From assembly GCF_001194135.2 (NCBI RefSeq), contig NC_068992.1:25298081-25341372 (forward strand): a stretch of 43,292 nt of DNA. The letters are read 5' to 3'. This DNA comes from Octopus bimaculoides (Eukaryota). Below, piece by piece: positions 36,559 to 43,292 of this stretch. Each line of letters opens with the position of its first letter. The stretch's first letter is position 1. A model generated the notes under the pieces. The model ran no database searches and was not told where the DNA came from. It saw only the letters and a program-made list of their open reading frames with translations. The position numbers were made by a program, and so were the translations under genes.

Positions 36559-36613
36559 NNNNNNNNNNNNNNNNNNNNNNNNNNNNNNNNNNNNNNNNNN
36601 NNNNNNNNNNNNN

Positions 36614-36645
<32 letters not shown>

Positions 36646-36883
36646 ATATGTATGTATGTATAATTCGCGTGTCATTTTGCATGTTCTATACCTGTTTCCT
36701 TGAAATTATTACTGAATGTACAGAGATGCTTTTGTTGTTTGTTTTGGGCCCACGCTCAGACCTGCTTCAGCCTACCTACGTTCAGAACTATTTCAGACAT
36801 TACTCATTCCGCACTCAATTCAAATATATATTTATCTGAATTGTATTATTATGTTGTCTTTGTTGATCTATTTGTAACGCGGT

Positions 36884-37265
36884 GGAGGCGCAATGGCCCA
36901 GTGGTTAGGGCAGCGCACTCGCGGTCATAGGATCGCGGTAACGATTCCCAGACCGGGCGTTGTGAGTGTTTATTGAGCGAAAACACCTAAAGCTCCATGA
37001 GGCTTCGGTAGGGGATGGTGGCAAACCCTGCTGTACTCTCTCACCACAACCTTCTCTCACTCTTGCTTCCTGTTTCTGTTGTGCCTGTGATTCAAAGGGT
37101 CAGCCTTGTCACACTGTGTCACGCTGAATATCCCCGAGAACTACATTAAGGGTACACGTGTCTGTGGAGTGCTCAGCCAATTGCACGTTAATTTCACGAG
37201 CAGGCTGTTCCATTGATCGGATCAACTGAAACCCTCGACGTTGTAAGCGACGAAGTACCAAGAAC
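36884..37265 (+). mobile_element. SINE family S1, full length with perfect TSD
   Basis: 14-bp direct repeat ATTTGTAACGCGGT at 36870-83 and 37266-79. Confidence 0.92.
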
Positions 37266-40200
37266 ATTTGTAACGCGGTAGCTTATAATTTGACTTAGGT
37301 TTGTGGATTTGTCTGCCCTCCGTAGCCTGCCGAGAGACAACTTCAGAACATCTTCATTGGCTCCATTAACATAAATATTTGATTTGGCTATTATTGTTTC
37401 GTCGAAGGCCAGTTTTGATTGAGTACTCTGAGATATCCTAACTGTAGCCATAAACTCTATTTCCTGTGTATAAAGAACACGGATCATTTTTTATTATTGT
37501 TAGAACTAAATACATATGAAACATACATCAAAGTTTCTCGTTGTAACTGAGCTCCTCAGGATATCACACGTCGTACATGACTGCGGTGATAAAATGTTAC
37601 GACATCTGTAGTTTCGTCTCTCTTGATGGCACACAGAAGTTGTACATTAGGTTGTAGCACTCACTCACTTGCACAGCTGAGTCTCCTTTTGCTCGTCTTT
37701 CTTAAGGAATACTGCTACTGGTTGTATTCTGACACGGGTTGACATCGACCTCTGCGCAAGACTACCACAAATACCGCCACCACCTTCATCACCATCAATA
37801 TAATTATATACGTCTCCACTGAATATTTTGTGGGCCGTTTATATCTAAATATCTTGGCGAATTGCTTATTGTATATAACTCGTCTCTGATATGCGCAATA
37901 AGCAGTCAATCTAATTACATAAATGCTCCTTGAATTCGTAGAATACTGTTTTATGAAGTAGATGAGGCCTTAATACGTATTCTTGTTTGTTGTCTGGTCA
38001 TTCCCAAGCTGATTGTTGTCGAGCAAACATGATAAAAAGTATTCCAGCCGTGACTATCTCCTCTCTTTAGAGTTATATAAGACTACATACTCAAGATACT
38101 GTTTCCTTATTTAGGGTCGTAAGGTGATTCGAGGGAGAAATTCTCTCCATTTTTAGAAGATCTAAAGGCCATGAAAATTTCCCCTAGTTTTCTTATTGCA
38201 GTCAGAGCAGAAGCGAGCAAGGTGGATGGCAACAGTAAACTCCAGCATAAGGTGGGTAAGTCGATTCCAAAGTGGCTATTTGTTTATTTCTATTGAACAA
38301 ACTGACTAAATATGAAAACATTTCTCAAAACCTCATTTTCATTCTCTGATGATTTTCGCAATGTAGCAAAAAACTAACTGAAGTATTTTTCTTCTGTATT
38401 TACAAGAGTTTCTTTTGTAGCATATTAAGGAGTTTAAGGCATTTCTTTCGGCAATCAGTTTCGGATTACACTATAGTGATGAAGACGTCAATGTCATCTT
38501 TCCAAAATGCAATTGATGAGCAAGGCTTAAAGTGTGTAATTTTTCAAAAAGTCTTTTTTGAATTCTCAAATATATCCTTTATGCAAGGGAACTCTTGTGT
38601 TTGATACATTACCCAGTACCATTTCATTACTAAAATAGAATTAATAACAATGTACGGAAGGATAGGTTTTCATTACGTAATTGTTGGTCAATGGATTACA
38701 TACTTATATGTGATTGATAGTATGTTACATCCTAATAAATGAAATATTCGATATATTTGGGTTTCAAATCTACTAATTTTCTTCACAAGGAGATATTAGT
38801 ATGATATACGTTTAGAAACGATAAACTGAAATGTAAGCACATTTCTGTTCCATTTCTCTTATTGGGATTAGAGTTAGAAATGTCCTTAACAGCATGCGTC
38901 GGACAGCCTTAGAGTATTAAGCATTGGCTGTCATCAAATAAAGCCAGAGCTTTACAAAATCCAACTTTGAACGGGTGTGTATTTCGTTGTCATGCAGAAA
39001 GCTATAAGCGTTTTCTATCCCGAGAGATTTAATCTCCCGAGGAAATGGGGCCTTAATATGCTGAAGCATAATCCAATATATATTTCATTCTTAGGATAAA
39101 ACGTACGGTAGTAACAGAGTATGTTGACGATGCAGGTACGATTCTTGCGTGAGCGTCTTTTTTGGAAGTACACTTTGTCATGCATCAAACAGGTTTTAAT
39201 ACTTCACAGAAGGATTTATTCCTTTAAATTAAGTTACTTCGGAGACAATATCTGACGTGAATATATATGGAGAAGATATAACAACCGATAAAGGATTATG
39301 GGTTATTATTATAGAAGTATCATAAAAGGATATACGACCGTATAATATGAATATAAGCTGCTTTTACATCCATCTGCAATCAGCCGTCGCGTCAATGACT
39401 GTTCATGACTTTGGCATGACTTGATAAACTTTCTTTTTACTGGTTAATTTTTCGATTGAGTTTCTCATTTATTATGATTAATTCCCTGCCAGCCCATAAT
39501 CCTTTCTGCAATATCTTTAAAGAACGTGGAAATTTATTATTACATGCATAAAAAAAGCAACAACATTATGCAAGGAAAACAAACAAAACGGGATTGCAAA
39601 TGTATGTGAGAGAAGATTCATTTGTAGTATCATTCCTTTTAGGTTCTCTCGTATTAAATTGATAAAACACAATACAACTGACACATATTTTCATTGTAAG
39701 AATGTTAACCGCTTTCTTTCTATAGTTTGGCTATTTCCGATTCTAAACGTTCTCAAAACTCATTAAAAACCAGACCCGATAATGTTAGCCTTTGTCAGAT
39801 GAACAATAAGTTGGCATTTTCAATAAGCTATGGACACAGGCGTGTCATCTCGTCAAAACAAGACTGAATATTCGTCCTTATCAAGCAATTGTTTTAGTCA
39901 GCCATAATGTCAAGGAATTCACAATTTAATGAGATCTGTCTGTTTGTCTGCAACACGAAATTTTCTCTAATGCAGGTGTCAAAGCAACGCAGCTAACTTA
40001 GAATTTACTGTCAAATTTCATTACAGACATTTCTCTATAAAATAGTAACAACAACAACAACCACATCGACAACACCCTTCTCACAGATCTTCATAACAGC
40101 TAACTTACAAAACTGAATGAAACTTTCTCCAGCATACATTAATATTTTGGTCTATTGGAATTTTCTGCTTCTGTATTCAGCTTCTACATTATACACACAC

Positions 40201-41396
40201 TGATATACACACACACACATGCACACCTAGTCGGATACCGCTAAAACGAAAAGGCACTTGAAATTAAGTCAAGCAGACATATTGAAATAAAAATATGTAC
40301 AATATACCCGGTCTGAAGTCACAGTGTGTTTCTAGCGGTTAAGCTAATTCAATTTTGCAATGACTAAAAATTTCTGTATGTATTTATGTATGTACGTACG
40401 TATGTACGAATGTATGTGTGTGTATGTGTATATGTGTATGTGTGATTACTTGTGTGGTGCCTGCGTGTCTGTAGTCTGTAGTGTGTTAGTGTGTTTGTGT
40501 GCATACGTAGGTATAGTGGCTGTTTAAATAAAGTTAGTCCAAATAAGCTCTTGTGTGTTCGTATGTATATGAGTTTTATGTATAGACTTGTGTTAGAGAA
40601 AAAAAAACGAATGTGATATATAACTACACTTAAAAATTCCTAGCGAAAGTTTGTTTTAATCACATCCACCTTGAGACTTCTTGTAAAATATATTCTTAGC
40701 ATAGTATGAGCAACGGTGAGCGATATCATAATCCACCAACATAACTGCTTTCATACTATTACAGTCCCATATGATTTCACGTCCGGGTATAAAATACCTT
40801 CAATTTAATGAAAGCAAGGTTGGAGAGATTACGCTCCCGTTTTCTTTTTTATTTTTTCTGTAACTGCCTAGAGTTATCACATGATTTAAAAATACTTTGA
40901 CGTGGCAAATATGAAACCAGTAGGGGACTATTAATCCATAATCCCTGTTTATGAATGAAGCTATGAATATATCTAAAGCTGATGTCATCACGAAAAACTA
41001 ATTACGATATCATGATCACATGAGTGAGACTTCCCTCTTGTGTGAAACCATAAAGCTTGAAAAATATGTAGCATTTAATTTTCAGTAAGCACCTTATAAT
41101 TAAAGCAATAGGCTCTAATTTCGGAAATTGATATTATATTCTTTACGACTACATTTCTGTGAATATCTATATATTGGTATCTTGTAAGATTTTTCGGGAG
41201 ATCATGTACCAAAACTTCGAGACAATTATATTTAACCACACTTTCTTACCCTGATAAATTGTAGATACTTCAGTAGATATTGAAAGACTTTTCATGAACA
41301 CAAATTCTAAAAGATTCCATAAATAAGGAACATCAAAACAAAAGAGCACCACTCTTGGTAGCGACAAAGCATTTACCGAATATAAATTCCATCTAT

Positions 41397-41582
41397 GAAG
41401 CGGTGAGCTAGCAAAATCGTTCGCAGGCTGGCTAAAATTCTTAGCGTCATTTCGTCCGTCTTTACGTTCTGAGTTCAAATTCAGCCGATGTCAGTTTCCT
41501 CTTTTATCCTTTCGAGGTTGATGCAATCGACTGACCCACTACTCCGAACTTGCTGGCTCTATACCGAAATTTGAAACCAATA
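41397..41582 (+). mobile_element. S2-type SINE with internal deletion
   Basis: GCGGTGAGCTAGCAAAATCG head; TACGTTCTGAGTTCAAATTC. Confidence 0.75.
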
Positions 41583-43035
41583 TTATAAGACGGTATGAGG
41601 CGGAGATCAGGCAGAATCGCTGTTGGTATGCCAGACAAAAAGAAATATCAACCAGTGGAACATTGGAACATTAAGCATGTGATAGCTGCTAGGTGATAGG
41701 GCTGCATTAGGACTCGGATAGAATTTCTTTTCAGCTGGGAAGATGGGAGAAAGTTGAATTAAAGAACCTTACACAAAGGAACAATGCATCCATTAACCGG
41801 TTGGGGAATTGATATCCCGACCTTCTGATCGTAAGCCAAACACGTAAATATAGAGAATCGCGTCTTCGCACAAACACAGGCACTGACATATACACATATA
41901 TATATACATATCAATCCATGTATATGCATATATATCTATATATGTATACGATTATATATGTATGGACGGATGTATGGATGGATAGATATATGCACACATG
42001 TTTATATGCGTGGGTTTATGTGTCTATAAGAACGCATATACATATATATGCCTGTTCTCAGTGTGTGGGCGTATGTTTGTAAGTGTTTGCTTTAATAAAA
42101 TGGGAAATGTGTTGAAGATAATGATAACCAAAAAAAAAGACAAAATGTCTGCGGACGACATAAATCCGGAAGTGAATATCAATGGTGTTGAACGTCTCAG
42201 CCATCTTGAGGCTGCTTGTTGCCCAGTGAGCCAAACAACGCATTTCTAATGAAGACTAGCTTCGAGGCATTTATTTCCATTTTTGGAAGGAAAAACTAAA
42301 AGAAGCAGATCCATGAGAAGAAATATAAAGAAAACAGCTTTTTTTCAGCTTCTGCTTTCTTCAGGCAATTTTCTCTTCGCATCAAAGTAAATTAGTTCTG
42401 GTAGTATGAGTTTAAACTCTGTATTGATAAAAAACCTCAAATGAAGGCCTAGAATAAAAGTATAAAAGTATTCATGACGGTTATATAAAAGATATATATA
42501 TTTGTCTTCTTATTTGAAAAAAATATTCTATTTGATTGATTCAAAGATCTTAACGCGTACACTATAGTGTCCTGTTATTTTACATGATGGGTTCAAGCAC
42601 CAGTCCATGCTGGGCAGTTAGTTGCAACAACACTGCCTGTGTTGTTCATTTTCACATTTATCAGAGACGACGAATTTTTCTTCGATCCTTTTGAAGGCGG
42701 ATAGTAGGCGCTAATAAAGCGTCTGAAAAATTCAGAGAAGCACCTGCCGTCTTCGCTGGCTGCTCAGACTAATTTTCTTCTCTCTACGATGTTTATTGTG
42801 TTCCTAACACTGTACGTCCATAACAGATGTTCTTTTAGAACAGATAATGCGGTAGCTCGTCAAACGACAATGCCTATACATCAAGAATGATATATAGTTC
42901 TCTCTTTCCCTCTCGCTCCCGTTATATAACTCTCCAGTGTGTAATGTCTCTCTTTTTCACTCAGTCTCTCTCTCCCACCATATATATACATATATATATA
43001 TAATATACACATATATATATATGTGTATATATATT

Positions 43036-43078
<43 letters not shown>

Positions 43079-43088
43079 TTCTCACTCG

Positions 43089-43292
43089 CTCTCTCACTCC
43101 GACGAAGGGAAATAACCCTGAAATCCGGATACGTTCGTGCTGGTCGAGGTGAGAGGGATAACTCCCTTGGCAAACAGGACACAGTCGTGTGTCGATAAGC
43201 CAGCTGGAGGAGATGTCCTCCTGGGGCTAAAAGCAACAGTAACATCCACCCCTAGGGGTCAGCCACACTTAAGTGGCAATATACTACACTTT
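43089..43292 (+). mobile_element. HHR-bearing repeat, family B copy B2 (5' strand of stem I missing; reaches window edge)
   Basis: Same CCGACGA-AGGG..CCCT-GAAATCCGGATACGTTCG core at 43099-43137. It is followed by hairpins GACACA/TGTGTC and GGAGGA/TCCTCC and the palindrome ACCCCTAGGGGT. Confidence 0.75.

Larger units (their letters stand above)
1089..36613. other. Assembly gaps: 1089-1098, 4564-5328, 6560-6569, 8150-9088, 14701-14739, 16204-17098, 21208-21241, 25370-25658, 26239-26575, 28228-29046, 32013-32137, 35123-35545, 36559-36613
   Basis: N-runs, mostly bordered by microsatellites or repeats. Confidence 0.99.

Noticed and set aside
38998-39099. FYPERF..HNPIYISFLG resembling the cytochrome P450 PERF region
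   Set aside because: Stop follows immediately, with no FxxGxRxCxG heme motif; probably chance.
42668-42720. Strong acceptor followed by DDEFFFDPFEGG*
   Set aside because: Too short, with ambiguous frame and no independent support.
262-43245. ORFs rich in YI, CV, HT, LS, poly-N, poly-L or poly-S
   Set aside because: Translations of di-, tri- and tetranucleotide microsatellites.
1-43292. CRISPR arrays, prokaryotic operons, rRNA genes
   Set aside because: Sequence is eukaryotic repeat-rich DNA; no repeat-spacer array or rRNA similarity seen.

Overview
Repeat-saturated, AT-rich eukaryotic DNA from a gappy draft assembly (13 N-runs). The SINE repertoire and microsatellite load point to an octopod cephalopod (Octopus-like); this is recognition, not a database result. 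No host gene can be named. Most ORF-track entries are microsatellite or N-run artefacts, and only a few unverified splice-bounded candidate exons remain. The window holds many tRNA-derived SINE copies of about four families, an RTE-like LINE 3' end with three C2H2 fingers, a restriction-like-endonuclease LINE fragment, a Penelope-like ORF fossil and a deleted mariner. The main result is two separate families of small non-coding elements carrying hammerhead ribozymes (HHR). Family A joins a tRNA-like Pol III head, an (AAT)n tract and a minimal type I HHR; one insertion is a head-to-head pair bounded by a 10-bp target-site duplication. Family B has an extended type I HHR with a CCGACGA core at the tip of a long nested fold-back, and its two copies together suggest a ~350-bp unit with 52-bp perfect inverted ends.
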